Part shown: one piece after another, positions 18,217 to 28,330 of the stretch | How positions within the stretch are numbered: the first letter of the stretch is position 1 | Layout: the number at the start of each line of letters is the position of its first letter | NCBI GenBank assembly: GCA_965112635.1 | Contig: OZ218778.1 | Coordinates: 1,472,001-1,536,000, forward strand | DNA from: an uncultured bacterium | GTDB lineage: Bacteria > Oederibacteriota > Oederibacteriia > Oederibacteriales > Oederibacteriaceae | Length of the DNA stretch: 64,000 nt | Direction: 5' to 3' | Program-made: the position numbers and the translations under genes | The notes under the pieces: generated by a model | Database searches by the model: none | Seen by the model: only the letters and a program-made list of their open reading frames with translations | What the model was told of the DNA's origin: nothing

Positions 18217-20385
18217 ATGGCCAAAACAGTCAATTTTCTTATGGGTGTCCATAACCATCAGCCCACTGGAAATTTCGATCATGTTTACAGGGAGGCTTTG
18301 AACCGCGCCTACCATCCTTTTTTTGAGATGCTGGACAGTTTTCCGGAACTCAAGATCACGGTCCATATGACCGGATGCCTTCTGGACTGGCTCAAAGCCA
18401 ATGAACCCACTCTTTTAAAGCTTCTAAAGAAAATGGTCATCCGCGGCCAGGTGGAAATGATGACCGGAGGTTACTATGAGCCCATCCTGGCGGTCATCCC
18501 GGACCACGATAAGGCCGGCCAGATACAAAAACTAACGCTCTTTTTAAAAGATGAATTGGGCGCTCAGGCTGTCGGGCTTTGGCTGGCCGAAAGGGTCTGG
18601 GAGCCCCATCTTCCTATGGTCCTCAACCAACTGGGTGTCGAATACACGGTCCTAGACGATTCCCATTTCAAAAGCTCCGGTCTACCCGTAGAAAAACTGG
18701 ACGGCTACTATATCACGGAAGAACAAGGGTATCCCCTAGCGGTTTTCCCCATCAGCGAAAAGCTGCGTTACATGATCCCTTTCAAGGAACCGGAGCAATC
18801 CCTGAGCTATTTTGGAGAAATGGCCACGGAAAAAGGGGATCGCGCCGCGATCCTGGCGGATGACGGTGAAAAGTTCGGTTCCTGGCCGGAAACCTACCAT
18901 TCGGTCTACGAGGAGAAGTGGCTGGAAAGATTTTTCCAGGCCCTGAGAAAAGAGAGTTCCTGGGTCAAGATGAGGACCTTTTCGGAATACCTCAGGGCAT
19001 ATCCGGCCCGGGGGAGGATTTATATCCCGACGGCTTCCTACACAGAGATGATGGAGTGGGTTCTGATGCCGGAAAGCCACGAAGTCTACGACCAGGCTAA
19101 AAAGATCCTGCGGCAGACGGGCAGCACGCAGTATGACGGGTATCTCAAAGGCGGTTTTTGGAGGAATTATTTCACCAAATACGAGGAAGCCAATCATTTG
19201 CATAAAAAAATGTTATGGGTGAGCCGACGCCTCGCGGAGGCCAAGGAAGGTCAGAACAGCCGGAACAAGGAGGTCCTCCAGCAGGCGCAGAACGAACTTT
19301 ATCAAGGACAGTGCAATTGCCCATATTGGCACGGCGTTTTCGGGGGATTGTATCTCAACCACCTCAGGTTCGCGGTTTACCACCACCTGATCCTCGCCGA
19401 ACAATTGTGGCAGCAGGCTGTGAATGGCAAGGAAAAGTTCTGCAAGGCAGAAGTCATGGACATGGACCTCAACGGCTTCAATGAGGTCATCCTGCGCAAT
19501 AACCTGGTCAGCTGTTATTTTGACCCGGCCTACGGCGGGTCTCTTTGGGAGTGGGATTATAAACCCAAGGGGGTCAACCTTACGGATGCCCTATCCAGAC
19601 ACCAGGAATCCTATCACGCCAAACTCAAGAATTTCGTGAAACAACAACACGATCCCCATCCGCAAGGCCAGGCCGCGAGCATCCATGACCTGGTCAGGGT
19701 CAAGGAACAGGGGCTGGAAAACCTGCTGCAGTACGACTGGTATCTGCGTCAATGTTTTTTGGACCATTTTCTGGGACAGGCGGCCACCCTTTCAGGTTGT
19801 AAAGCCTGCCAATACCCTGAGGAGGGGGATTTTGTCAACCAACCTTATGAGTTCAGGGTCCACGAGGAAATGGAAGGCATCCATTTGGTCTTGTCGAGGC
19901 AGGGGGGGATCTGGAGAGGTGGAAAACATTACCCCTGTTCGGTGGAAAAAGATATCCTTCTTCCGGGTCAAGAGGCCGGCCTGACGGCCAATTACACCCT
20001 GAAAAACACGGGTTCCGAGGACCTTATCTGCCGATTCGGAGTGGAATTCAATTTTAACCTGCTGGCTGGCAGGGCCGACGACAGGATTTTTTATATCCCC
20101 GGCAGGACGCTCAAGGAATCTTACTTAAACATCACCAGCGAAGAATTGGAGGTGCGGGAGGCAGGGCTCAAGGATGGATGGTTGGGTGTGGATATTTCCT
20201 TGGCTATGGACAAGCCGGCGGCCCTTTGGCGGTTTCCCATTGAGACCGTGTCGCAGTCTGAAGCAGGTTTTGAAAGGGTTTATCAGAGCACGGTCCTTTT
20301 GCCTCACTGGGAAATAAAGCTCAAGCCGGGCGAGACTTGGAAGGCCGTTTTTAAACTTGGCATCAAAGAGATCAATAAAGTCTAA
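18217..20385 (+). CDS. GH57 alpha-amylase / 4-alpha-glucanotransferase (DUF1925/DUF1926 type)
   Basis: HNHQP, GGYYEPIL, WLAERVWEP (nucleophile Glu), DDGEKFG, QCNCPYWHGVFGGLY, ETVSQSEAGFE. Confidence 0.93.
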   Translation: MAKTVNFLMGVHNHQPTGNFDHVYREALNRAYHPFFEMLDSFPELKITVHMTGCLLDWLKANEPTLLKLLKKMVIRGQVEMMTGGYYEPILAVIPDHDKAGQIQKLTLFLKDELGAQAVGLWLAERVWEPHLPMVLNQLGVEYTVLDDSHFKSSGLPVEKLDGYYITEEQGYPLAVFPISEKLRYMIPFKEPEQSLSYFGEMATEKGDRAAILADDGEKFGSWPETYHSVYEEKWLERFFQALRKESSWVKMRTFSEYLRAYPARGRIYIPTASYTEMMEWVLMPESHEVYDQAKKILRQTGSTQYDGYLKGGFWRNYFTKYEEANHLHKKMLWVSRRLAEAKEGQNSRNKEVLQQAQNELYQGQCNCPYWHGVFGGLYLNHLRFAVYHHLILAEQLWQQAVNGKEKFCKAEVMDMDLNGFNEVILRNNLVSCYFDPAYGGSLWEWDYKPKGVNLTDALSRHQESYHAKLKNFVKQQHDPHPQGQAASIHDLVRVKEQGLENLLQYDWYLRQCFLDHFLGQAATLSGCKACQYPEEGDFVNQPYEFRVHEEMEGIHLVLSRQGGIWRGGKHYPCSVEKDILLPGQEAGLTANYTLKNTGSEDLICRFGVEFNFNLLAGRADDRIFYIPGRTLKESYLNITSEELEVREAGLKDGWLGVDISLAMDKPAALWRFPIETVSQSEAGFERVYQSTVLLPHWEIKLKPGETWKAVFKLGIKEINKV

Positions 20386-20443
20386 GTCGTTACGGGAAAG
20401 CGCCTCGTTTTTGGCGCTCAATTAATTTGCGGAGGTCAGTAAC

Positions 20444-21232
20444 ATTTTTCTACTAGAAATTATTGTGATCGCGGTCGTAGGCGGATTGATCAGCCTTGAT
20501 GAAACCACTATAGGCCGCTTCATGATCTCCATGCCTTTGGTCACCAGCCCCTTGATCGGCTGGATCCTGGGAGAGCCAGCGATCGGCCTGTCGGTGGGGT
20601 TTTTGTGGCAGCTGGTCTGGATCAATTATTTGCCGGTGGGGGTCAATACTCCTCCCAGTTATGTCATGATGGGCGTGCTGGCACCGGCTTTTGCCACTTT
20701 TTTCTTCCATCAGATTGATGTACCTTATGAGGCCGCCGTGATCTTCGGTATCCTCGTTACCCTGCCCCTGGTCTTTCTCAATGGGCTTTTGGACGCCCAT
20801 TTGAAAGAGAAGAATCATATTTTTGTGCGTATGGCCGAGGCCGGGGTGGCCAAGGACAGACCGAGCATGATCTCCTGGGCCATCTGGCTCAATGTGACGA
20901 TGGTGCTGGTCAAGAACGCCCTGATCTATTTCATTGCACTGGGCTGCCTGACTTCGGTGGCCACGAATGTTCTGAAATACTTACCGGATCATTTTATCCA
21001 GGGTATGAAATTTTCTTTTTACCTGGTCCCCGGAATAGGGCTGGCGACCGTATTTGACCTTTTTAAAAGCAAAGAAAACCAGAGTTACTTTTTGACCGCC
21101 TTGGTCATCTCGCTGTTTTTGATCTGGCTTTTTCACGTGGCGGTATCCACTTTACTGACCATTTCCATTTTATGCGGTTTTTTGCTGGGATTGATGCGAT
21201 ATATTTTGGCCTGGCGGACCATCAAAACATGA
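20444..21232 (+). CDS. Mannose-family PTS EIIC (start ATT 20444 or GTG 20465)
   Basis: GGLISLD, FMISMPLV, GEPAIGL, LPVGVNTPP, multiple TMs; position between EIIB and EIID. Confidence 0.85.
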   Translation: MFLLEIIVIAVVGGLISLDETTIGRFMISMPLVTSPLIGWILGEPAIGLSVGFLWQLVWINYLPVGVNTPPSYVMMGVLAPAFATFFFHQIDVPYEAAVIFGILVTLPLVFLNGLLDAHLKEKNHIFVRMAEAGVAKDRPSMISWAIWLNVTMVLVKNALIYFIALGCLTSVATNVLKYLPDHFIQGMKFSFYLVPGIGLATVFDLFKSKENQSYFLTALVISLFLIWLFHVAVSTLLTISILCGFLLGLMRYILAWRTIKT

Positions 21233-21243
21233 AAGGTTGAGCC

Positions 21244-22038
21244 ATGGAACAGCACGGCTTGGAAAGAAACGACATTTTAAAAATATTTTTCAGGTCATTT
21301 CTGCTGGATGCCACGGAGAATTACGAGACCATGAAGAGCGTGGGGTTCAGTTTTGTGATGATGCCGGCCATCAAAAAACTGTATGGCAAAGCCGAAGAAG
21401 TGCGGGAATGCCTAAAGGGCAGCCTAGGTTATTTCAATGTCAATCCCTACTTTGCGGCTCCGCTTATCGGGGTATTGACCCGTCTCGTGGAAAGCAAGGC
21501 CACGGACGGTTCGGTGAGCCGGGACAGGATCGAGACGGTCAAAAGGAATTTCATGGGGCCTTTGGCGGCTATTGGGGACGCCTTTTTCTGGGCAAGCCTC
21601 AGGCCGCTGGCCGCCCTTATCGGGGTGGCGACGGTCTTGTACCACAGGAACAGCTGGCCCCATGGGTTGTGGGGGCTGGTTTTTTTTCTTGTTATCTATA
21701 ATATTCCACACCTGGCGTTCCGTTACTGGGGCCTGCAGGACGGGTATAAGCATGGAGAAAACATGATCGATTCTTTCCGGGCGATCAATTTCCAGGTGAT
21801 TATCGAGGAATTAAGACTTTGCGGAATGATCTTCTTGGGTGCTTACCTGCCCGCGTGGTTTTTCGTGGTCCAGAATAAGGATCTTATGCTTTTGGCGCCG
21901 CTTCCCCTATTAAAATTGGTATGTTTTGGGGTGGCTTTGTTGTGCTGGAGGTCCAAATTTACCCCGACCCAGTATTTTTGCCTGGTCGTCGCGGCCTGTA
22001 TCCTGGCCGCTTACCTGGGGTTATTGCCCCCTTTATAG
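21244..22038 (+). CDS. Mannose-family PTS EIID
   Basis: NYETMKSVGF, YFNVNPY, MGPLAAIGDAFFWASLRP, YNIPH. Confidence 0.92.
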   Translation: MEQHGLERNDILKIFFRSFLLDATENYETMKSVGFSFVMMPAIKKLYGKAEEVRECLKGSLGYFNVNPYFAAPLIGVLTRLVESKATDGSVSRDRIETVKRNFMGPLAAIGDAFFWASLRPLAALIGVATVLYHRNSWPHGLWGLVFFLVIYNIPHLAFRYWGLQDGYKHGENMIDSFRAINFQVIIEELRLCGMIFLGAYLPAWFFVVQNKDLMLLAPLPLLKLVCFGVALLCWRSKFTPTQYFCLVVAACILAAYLGLLPPL

Positions 22039-22108
22039 GGCAAGGTCATTGGCAACAAATGGGTCATAAAGTCGTATAATGAAAAATTAATAGAGAAAGG
22101 GAGCCAAA

Positions 22109-22378
22109 GTGGTCCAGAAGCAGACCAAGATCGTGAACAAATTGGGGTTGCATCTCAGGGCGGCTGCCTTGCTGGTACAGACCGCGTGTAATTTCCAGTG
22201 CGAGGTGGACCTTAAAAAAGGCAACCAGACGGTCAACGCGAAAAGCATCATGGGCGTCATGAGCCTGGCTGCCAGTATGGGCACGGTCCTGACCATCACC
22301 TGCAAGGGCCAGGACGAGGAGAGCGCCCTAAGTTCTTTGCTGGCGCTTATCCAGAATAAATTCAACGAGCCTGCCTGA
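22109..22378 (+). CDS. ptsH: Phosphocarrier protein HPr
   Basis: NKLGLHLRAA (His15), NAKSIMGVMSL (Ser46). Confidence 0.96.
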   Translation: MVQKQTKIVNKLGLHLRAAALLVQTACNFQCEVDLKKGNQTVNAKSIMGVMSLAASMGTVLTITCKGQDEESALSSLLALIQNKFNEPA

Positions 22379-22413
22379 AATAGCAAGCGGCAGGAAACGG
22401 AGAAAAGAGAAAC

Positions 22414-24159
22414 ATGACAGGAAAGATCGTTATCAATGGCATCGGGGCATCACCCGGCATTGCCGTGGGACCTGTCTATATCGCAGGTCCGCAGGAATAC
22501 GCGGGCCGGCGTTATAAGATCCCCGAAGCGGCGGTGACCAAAGAGGTCGAGCGGTTCCACAAAGCCGTCCAGCAGACCAAGGAGCAGCTCAAAGAGATCA
22601 GCAAAAAAATGGTCCTGCAGTTTGGCCGGGAACATTCCAGCATTTTTGACGCCCAGGGCATGTTCCTGGACGACCCCAGCCTTATCAATGACGTCGTGTC
22701 GGGCATCAAAAAGGACCGCCTTAACGCCGAGACGGTCGTTCTGGAGGTCTTAAAAAAGATGCACGATGTTTTTGCCGCCATGGAGGACGAATATCTCAAG
22801 GAACGCGGGATGGATATCGAGGATGTGGGCAGGAGGCTTTTAAAGAACCTGACCAGCAGCGAAAAAAAGGCTATCCAAGAGGTCGACACGGACGTGATCG
22901 TCATCGCCAAAGACCTGACCCCTTCCGATACCGCCCAGCTAAACAAGGAGTTCATCCGGGGTTTTGCCACAGATATGGGAGGACCGACTTCCCATACCGC
23001 CATCATGGCCAGGTCCTTGGAGATCCCGGCTGTGGTAGGCTTGAAAGAGGTCACCGCCAAGATCAAGGACGGGGACATCCTGGTGGTGGACGGGCTCCAG
23101 GGGCTTGTCATCATCAATCCCGACAGCAACACCCTGGCCCATTATTCCCAGGAAGAACAAAAGTACAAAACCCGCCAAAAGGAGCTAAAAAAACTCCGGA
23201 AACTTCCGGCAGAAACTCTGGATGGATACCGGCTGCTCCTTTCCGCCAATATTGAGATGCCCCAGGACGTCAAGGCCGCGCTGGAGAACGGCGCCGAGGG
23301 GGTGGGTCTTTTCAGGACTGAATTCCTTTTTATGAACGCCGAAAAAACCCCGACGGAAGATGAACAGTATGATGCTTACCAGACGGTCATCAAGAGCATC
23401 TTTCCCAACACCGTGGTTATCCGGACCATGGACGTGGGAGGGGATAAAAAAATAAACTTTTTAGAAATCCCGCCCGAGGCCAATCCCAGCCTGGGCCTGC
23501 GCTCTATCCGGTTGTCCCTGCGCCACCCGGAGGTTTTTAAGACCCAGCTCAGGGCCATCCTGAGGGCCTCCGTCCACGGCAAGGTCAAGATCATGTATCC
23601 CATGATCTCAGGAGTGGAGGAATTCAGGTCGGCCAATAAGCTCTTGGAAGAGGTCAAGGACGGCCTGCACAAGCAGAAGATCCCTTTTGACTCCAATATT
23701 GAGGTGGGTTGCATGATCGAACTGCCTTCTGCCGTGATGGTCGCCGATGTCCTGGCCAAAGAGGCGGATTTTTTCAGCATCGGCAGCAATGACCTGATCC
23801 AGTACTCCTTCGGGGTGGACCGCGTCAATGAGAATGTCGCTTACCTCTACGACCCCTTCCAACCGGCCATCCTGAGACTGTTAAAGATGACCGTGGAAGC
23901 AGCCCATCGGGAGGGTATCCATGTTTCCCTGTGCGGCGAGATCGGAGGGGACCCTCTTTTTACCCTCCTCCTTCTGGGGCTGGGCCTGGACGAGCTCAGC
24001 ACCGCGGCGGTGCATATTTCCGAGATCAAGCAATCCATACGGTCCACCACTTTTAGCGAAGCCAAAGACATTGCCAACCGGGTCCTGTCCTTCGGGACTT
24101 CGCGCGAAGTGACGGAGTTTTTGAAAAAAAGAGCCGTGGATACCAGCATCAAACAATAA
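22414..24159 (+). CDS. ptsI: PTS Enzyme I
   Basis: GGPTSHTAIMAR (phospho-His), GVGLFRTEFLF, RTMDVGGDK, FFSIGSNDLIQY, CGE. Confidence 0.97.
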   Translation: MTGKIVINGIGASPGIAVGPVYIAGPQEYAGRRYKIPEAAVTKEVERFHKAVQQTKEQLKEISKKMVLQFGREHSSIFDAQGMFLDDPSLINDVVSGIKKDRLNAETVVLEVLKKMHDVFAAMEDEYLKERGMDIEDVGRRLLKNLTSSEKKAIQEVDTDVIVIAKDLTPSDTAQLNKEFIRGFATDMGGPTSHTAIMARSLEIPAVVGLKEVTAKIKDGDILVVDGLQGLVIINPDSNTLAHYSQEEQKYKTRQKELKKLRKLPAETLDGYRLLLSANIEMPQDVKAALENGAEGVGLFRTEFLFMNAEKTPTEDEQYDAYQTVIKSIFPNTVVIRTMDVGGDKKINFLEIPPEANPSLGLRSIRLSLRHPEVFKTQLRAILRASVHGKVKIMYPMISGVEEFRSANKLLEEVKDGLHKQKIPFDSNIEVGCMIELPSAVMVADVLAKEADFFSIGSNDLIQYSFGVDRVNENVAYLYDPFQPAILRLLKMTVEAAHREGIHVSLCGEIGGDPLFTLLLLGLGLDELSTAAVHISEIKQSIRSTTFSEAKDIANRVLSFGTSREVTEFLKKRAVDTSIKQ

Positions 24160-24174
24160 AAAAAGGAGAGATCA

Positions 24175-25251
24175 GTGAATCATAACATCCTGGATCGGCC
24201 CCAATCCCTCCATTCCCTGGATTCCCAGGGAATGATCCCCAAAGTAGAAAATTTCTACCAGCAGTGCGCCGTCGGAGTGGCGCTGGGGAGAAAGGCAAAA
24301 GTCCCCTCCTCGTATGCCAAGGTCCGCAAGATCGTGGTCACGGGGCTCGGGGGTTCGGCCATTGGGGGGGATTATCTGAGGGCCAGCCTAGCCAAGCAGC
24401 TCAAAGTCCCCGTGGTCGTCAACCGGCATTATGTCCTGCCTAAAATGGTGGATCGGGACACTCTGCTTTTTGCCACAAGCTATTCGGGCAATACCGAAGA
24501 GACCCTGAGCTCGGTCAAGATGGCCCAGAAACAAAAGGCCAAGATCGTTTGCGTGACCAGCGGCGGGGAACTTCTCCGTCTGGCCAAACGGGCGGGCTAC
24601 CCTCATGTCGTGGTGCCCGGCGGCATGCCGCCGAGGGCCTCGTTGGGGTTCATGTTCTTTCCCACGCTTTGCGTTCTGGACAGCCTCAAAATGGTACCTT
24701 CCCAAGCCGGCGTGATCACAGAAACTTTACGAATGCTCCAAGATGCTTCAGGTTGGTTCGGTCTGGGCCAGCCTACCCGGAACAACCTGGCCAAAAGGCT
24801 GGCCGTCCTGTTCCACGACCGGATACCGGTCATTTACGGAGGGGCGGATTACTTTGACGCGGTCGCTTACCGCTGGAAATGCCAGATCAACGAGAACAGC
24901 AAAGCCTACGCCATCTCCAACGTGATCCCCGAGATGAACCACAACGAGATCGTGGGCTGGCAGATCCCCAATGCCCTGACCAGGCGTTTTGCGGTCGTGT
25001 TTTTGAGGGACAAGCTGGACCATCCCCGCGTCCAACTGAGGATGGTGATCAACCAGCGGCTGATCAAAAAAGAAGCGGGTGCCATCCTGGAGGTTTGGTC
25101 CAAGGGCCGTTCTCCCCTGGCCAAGATGTTCTATTTCACGGCTCTGGGGGATTTTGCCAGCGTTTATCTGGGTTTTTTGAACGGCGTGGACCCAACACCC
25201 GTTACCCGCATCGAATATTTGAAGAAAATGCTTGCTAAAGGGCGAGCTTAG
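24175..25251 (+). CDS. Bifunctional phosphoglucose/phosphomannose isomerase
   Basis: GLGGSAIGGD, SYSGNTEETL, PPRAS, RWKCQINENSK, PEMNHNEIVGW, VDPTPV. Confidence 0.94.
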   Translation: MNHNILDRPQSLHSLDSQGMIPKVENFYQQCAVGVALGRKAKVPSSYAKVRKIVVTGLGGSAIGGDYLRASLAKQLKVPVVVNRHYVLPKMVDRDTLLFATSYSGNTEETLSSVKMAQKQKAKIVCVTSGGELLRLAKRAGYPHVVVPGGMPPRASLGFMFFPTLCVLDSLKMVPSQAGVITETLRMLQDASGWFGLGQPTRNNLAKRLAVLFHDRIPVIYGGADYFDAVAYRWKCQINENSKAYAISNVIPEMNHNEIVGWQIPNALTRRFAVVFLRDKLDHPRVQLRMVINQRLIKKEAGAILEVWSKGRSPLAKMFYFTALGDFASVYLGFLNGVDPTPVTRIEYLKKMLAKGRA

Positions 25252-25750
25252 GTTAAATAATTTATCATTGCCAACTCTAACGGAGGTTGAGAGTATGAGC
25301 CCGGAAGAATTTATTGCCCTTTCACCTTTATTCAGCAAATTCACGGCAGACGATGCCAAGGCTTTGCTCAGCAACTCCACCGAGAGTTCCTTTACCAAAG
25401 GGCAAACCTTATTCCAGGCCGATAAGGTTGGCGAGAATATGTATATTCTTACCTCGGGTCTGGTGAAGATATGCCGCAACGTTCAGGGCAAGGACGTCAC
25501 GCTGGCCGTCCTGGGCCAGGGCGACCTGTGCGGGGAGATGTCCCTGGCGGACGACGGACCCCGTTCGGCGACCGCCATCGCCGTGGAGGACACCGCGGCC
25601 CTGTGTTTGGAACGCAAAAAATTCGCTGCTCTCAAGGACGGCAACGTGGGGTTGTATCTGCGTTTGCTGGACTGCCTCATCAAAACTTTGTGCCTGCGCC
25701 TGCGCCAGGCCAACCAGACCCTGGAAGTCATCAGGTATTGGATCACGTAA
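25232..25750 (+). CDS. Stand-alone cyclic nucleotide-binding domain protein (start uncertain, possibly 25295)
   Basis: MYILTSGLVKI, GDLCGEMSLADDGPRSATAIA phosphate-binding cassette; no HTH. Confidence 0.85.
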   Translation: MLKGELRLNNLSLPTLTEVESMSPEEFIALSPLFSKFTADDAKALLSNSTESSFTKGQTLFQADKVGENMYILTSGLVKICRNVQGKDVTLAVLGQGDLCGEMSLADDGPRSATAIAVEDTAALCLERKKFAALKDGNVGLYLRLLDCLIKTLCLRLRQANQTLEVIRYWIT

Positions 25751-27843
25751 TGTGCCAAAAGGCCTGGCTGTCCCTGAGTCTGTTCACGGCCTGCGTCTTG
25801 CTCTTGACCTCCTGCAGCCTTTTTAAAGCTCCGCCCAGCCTTTTCGACCAATCCCTGGACGCTTATTACCACGGAGACCTGGACCAGGCCATCCATTTGA
25901 TGGAGACCTGGCAGGCTCAGGACCCCCAGAACATCCTGGCCCTGGAAAATCTCGCGGAACTTTATAAAGAAAAAGCGGATTACCAGGGAGCTTGCCGCTA
26001 TTACGAAAAGATCTCCCAGATCAAGGCGCCCACCACCTTTACGCTGTGTTGCTGGGCCCAGGCCTGCTATTGCGCCGGAGAACCGGCCCGGGCCAGCCTG
26101 CTCTATTCGGATGCTTTGGGATCCGACCCCGACAATGCCGAAGCTTTGTGGGGCAGGGGGCTGTGCCAGGTAGAGCTCAAGGACTGGGATGGGGCCCGCG
26201 ATGATTTTAACCATCTGGTCGAAGTCTGGCCCAACAACGCCCAGGGTCATTTGGAGCTGGCCAGGGTCTATGAAACCCTCAAGCAATACGACTTCGCCGA
26301 AAAAGAATACTCTGAAGCCTTGCGCATCGACCGGAGCCTTTCTGGCATCCACCTGACCCTGGCCTCGCTCTACGAAGCCGAACAGCGTCCCCGGCAGGCG
26401 TTGATGAGGTACAAGAAGGCCCAGATCATCTTTCCCGGGGACAGTGAGATCAACGAGAAACTGGCGGCCTTGGCCGAAAAATACCCCTTTTTGGCCGAAG
26501 AAGAGGCCAAAAGCACCAGCGTGGCCAATAAAGAACGCCAAGCCACCGCGTCGCCCCTGGTGACCCCCGTGGTGGCTCCCGAAGCCCCGCTGATCCGGGT
26601 GGGAATCGTGCCCGAAACCCGCAAGGCCAGGTTCAAGGCGTCCTGTGTTTTTAAGGTCAGGGAAAAAGAGTCCCAATCCGTCCTGGGCCGGGGAGAAACC
26701 AATAAGGAATACACCGTGGATATCGAGAGCGACCGGGTGCGCTTCAGGGACGAAGGTGGCAGGCTGCTGGCCTGGCTGGACAATAATACCGAGGTCGTCT
26801 TGGACGACCCCCGGGGAACCTTCACTATCTACAATATTTCCTACGGAAAAGGTTATTTTTTTGGGGGAGAAGAGGACAGGATCTACCGGGGCACGCTGGA
26901 GATCATACCCAGGACAGGATTTTTCCGCATCATCAATATTGTGAATGTGGAGGAGTATCTCTACGGCGTGGTCGCAGAGGAGATGCCCCTCAAATACCCG
27001 GCCGAAGCCCTGGCCGCGCAGGCCATTGCGGCCAGGTCAGAGACCCTGAGCAAGCGGGGGGTCCATGGGACCGAGGGTTTTGACCTGTGCGCGGATGTCC
27101 ATTGCGCGGTTTACCGGGGAGTCAAAGCCGAGGACCCCGCGGCCGTGCAGGCCGTCAACGACACGGCCGGCCTGGTGCTTTTTTCCGGGGACCTTTCCGG
27201 GCCGGGCGGCCGGCTGGTGGACGCGGTCTATATGTCCAGCTGCGGAGGCCATACCGAGAGCGGGGTGGAAGTGTGGGGAAGCTCCTCTCCGGGGCTTGTG
27301 GGCGTCAGGGATTGTGAAGGCGAGTGCGACTATGGCGATGACGAATACCCGCTGACCCCGGCGCGGCTGGACGGTTTTATCCGCAAGGAACCGCAGAGCT
27401 TTTGCGGCCACGCCAAGCTCTCCTACCGCTGGAAAAAAGTCCTCAATCTTACGGACATTCAGCGGCTGGAAAAACAGTACAAGCTGGGGTCCCTGCAAAA
27501 GGTGGCCGTCGGTAAACGCACCCCGGCCGGGTATGTCAAAAGCATCACCCTTTTCGGGACCTCGGGAAACAGGGAGTGGCAGGGAGACCGCATCCGGGGC
27601 CTTTTTGGGTCGCTCAAGAGCAACCTCTTTAAAGTGGAACAAAAGACGGACAGCACGGGCAGGCTGGTTTGGCTGGCCATTTACGGGGCAGGTTTCGGCC
27701 ACGGGGTGGGGATGTGCCAGGAAGGGGCCGGAGGAATGGCCCGCCTGGGTTATTCGGTCAGCGCCATTCTCAAGCACTATTACCCGGGAACGGTTTTGGG
27801 AAAATACTATGCATCGTCCACGGTCACGGCCCGCGGTTTTTAA
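25750..27843 (+). CDS. TPR-repeat + SpoIID/LytB lipoprotein (true start ATG 25750)
   Basis: Lipobox LLTSC, several TPRs, VEEYLYGVVAEEMP, AQAIAARS, GAGFGHGVGMCQEGA; TAATG overlap with upstream stop. Confidence 0.88.
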   Translation: MCQKAWLSLSLFTACVLLLTSCSLFKAPPSLFDQSLDAYYHGDLDQAIHLMETWQAQDPQNILALENLAELYKEKADYQGACRYYEKISQIKAPTTFTLCCWAQACYCAGEPARASLLYSDALGSDPDNAEALWGRGLCQVELKDWDGARDDFNHLVEVWPNNAQGHLELARVYETLKQYDFAEKEYSEALRIDRSLSGIHLTLASLYEAEQRPRQALMRYKKAQIIFPGDSEINEKLAALAEKYPFLAEEEAKSTSVANKERQATASPLVTPVVAPEAPLIRVGIVPETRKARFKASCVFKVREKESQSVLGRGETNKEYTVDIESDRVRFRDEGGRLLAWLDNNTEVVLDDPRGTFTIYNISYGKGYFFGGEEDRIYRGTLEIIPRTGFFRIINIVNVEEYLYGVVAEEMPLKYPAEALAAQAIAARSETLSKRGVHGTEGFDLCADVHCAVYRGVKAEDPAAVQAVNDTAGLVLFSGDLSGPGGRLVDAVYMSSCGGHTESGVEVWGSSSPGLVGVRDCEGECDYGDDEYPLTPARLDGFIRKEPQSFCGHAKLSYRWKKVLNLTDIQRLEKQYKLGSLQKVAVGKRTPAGYVKSITLFGTSGNREWQGDRIRGLFGSLKSNLFKVEQKTDSTGRLVWLAIYGAGFGHGVGMCQEGAGGMARLGYSVSAILKHYYPGTVLGKYYASSTVTARGF

Positions 27844-27848
27844 AATGA

Positions 27849-27876
27849 TTGACTCGGCACCGCACGGAGTTATAAT
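27849..27876 (+). promoter_or_regulatory. Sigma70-type promoter
   Basis: TTGACT-16 nt-TATAAT. Confidence 0.55.
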
Positions 27877-27928
27877 TAGGTTCATCATCGTGAAAGTCCC
27901 TGTGTCATAATGAAAAAAAGGCTAGGAT

Positions 27929-28330
27929 TTGCCGATGAAAAAAGAAGCTAAGGCCGAAATTCCCTCCCCAATAAAACAAAATCAAAACATAATTACAAAA
28001 AAAATATTTTCGCTCCTATTTTTCTTTTTATTATTTCTCCCGCCGGTTTTACGGGCCCAATCAGATACGGCAACACCGACTGTGACAGCCACGCCTTTTG
28101 TGCCCTCCTGCGTCCAGCTTTATATATATGGAAACAGCTCAGAAGTGCCCAACGGATATGGATCAGACGGGCTGCCGGTTTATCCAGCACAGGGATATCA
28201 GGGCGCTGTCCGTATAAACAGCGGAGGTTCTGTTAATTTCAGCGCTTTTGAAAATACTGCGGACGGCGTTTATTTTGGAGCATCCAACGGCAACTGTAGC
28301 GGTGTGAAAGTTGTCAGGATTAGTTATTGA
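27929..28330 (+). CDS. Secreted protein N-terminal fragment with Thr/Pro linker (possibly truncated)
   Basis: Signal peptide (FSLLFFFLLFLPPVLRA), SDTATPTVTATP; ends where the AT-rich gene starts. Confidence 0.5.
   Translation: MPMKKEAKAEIPSPIKQNQNIITKKIFSLLFFFLLFLPPVLRAQSDTATPTVTATPFVPSCVQLYIYGNSSEVPNGYGSDGLPVYPAQGYQGAVRINSGGSVNFSAFENTADGVYFGASNGNCSGVKVVRISY

Noticed and set aside
25471-25749. N-terminal extension of the 790-aa ORF
   Set aside because: Overlaps the cNMP gene in another frame; the lipoprotein signal begins at ATG 25750
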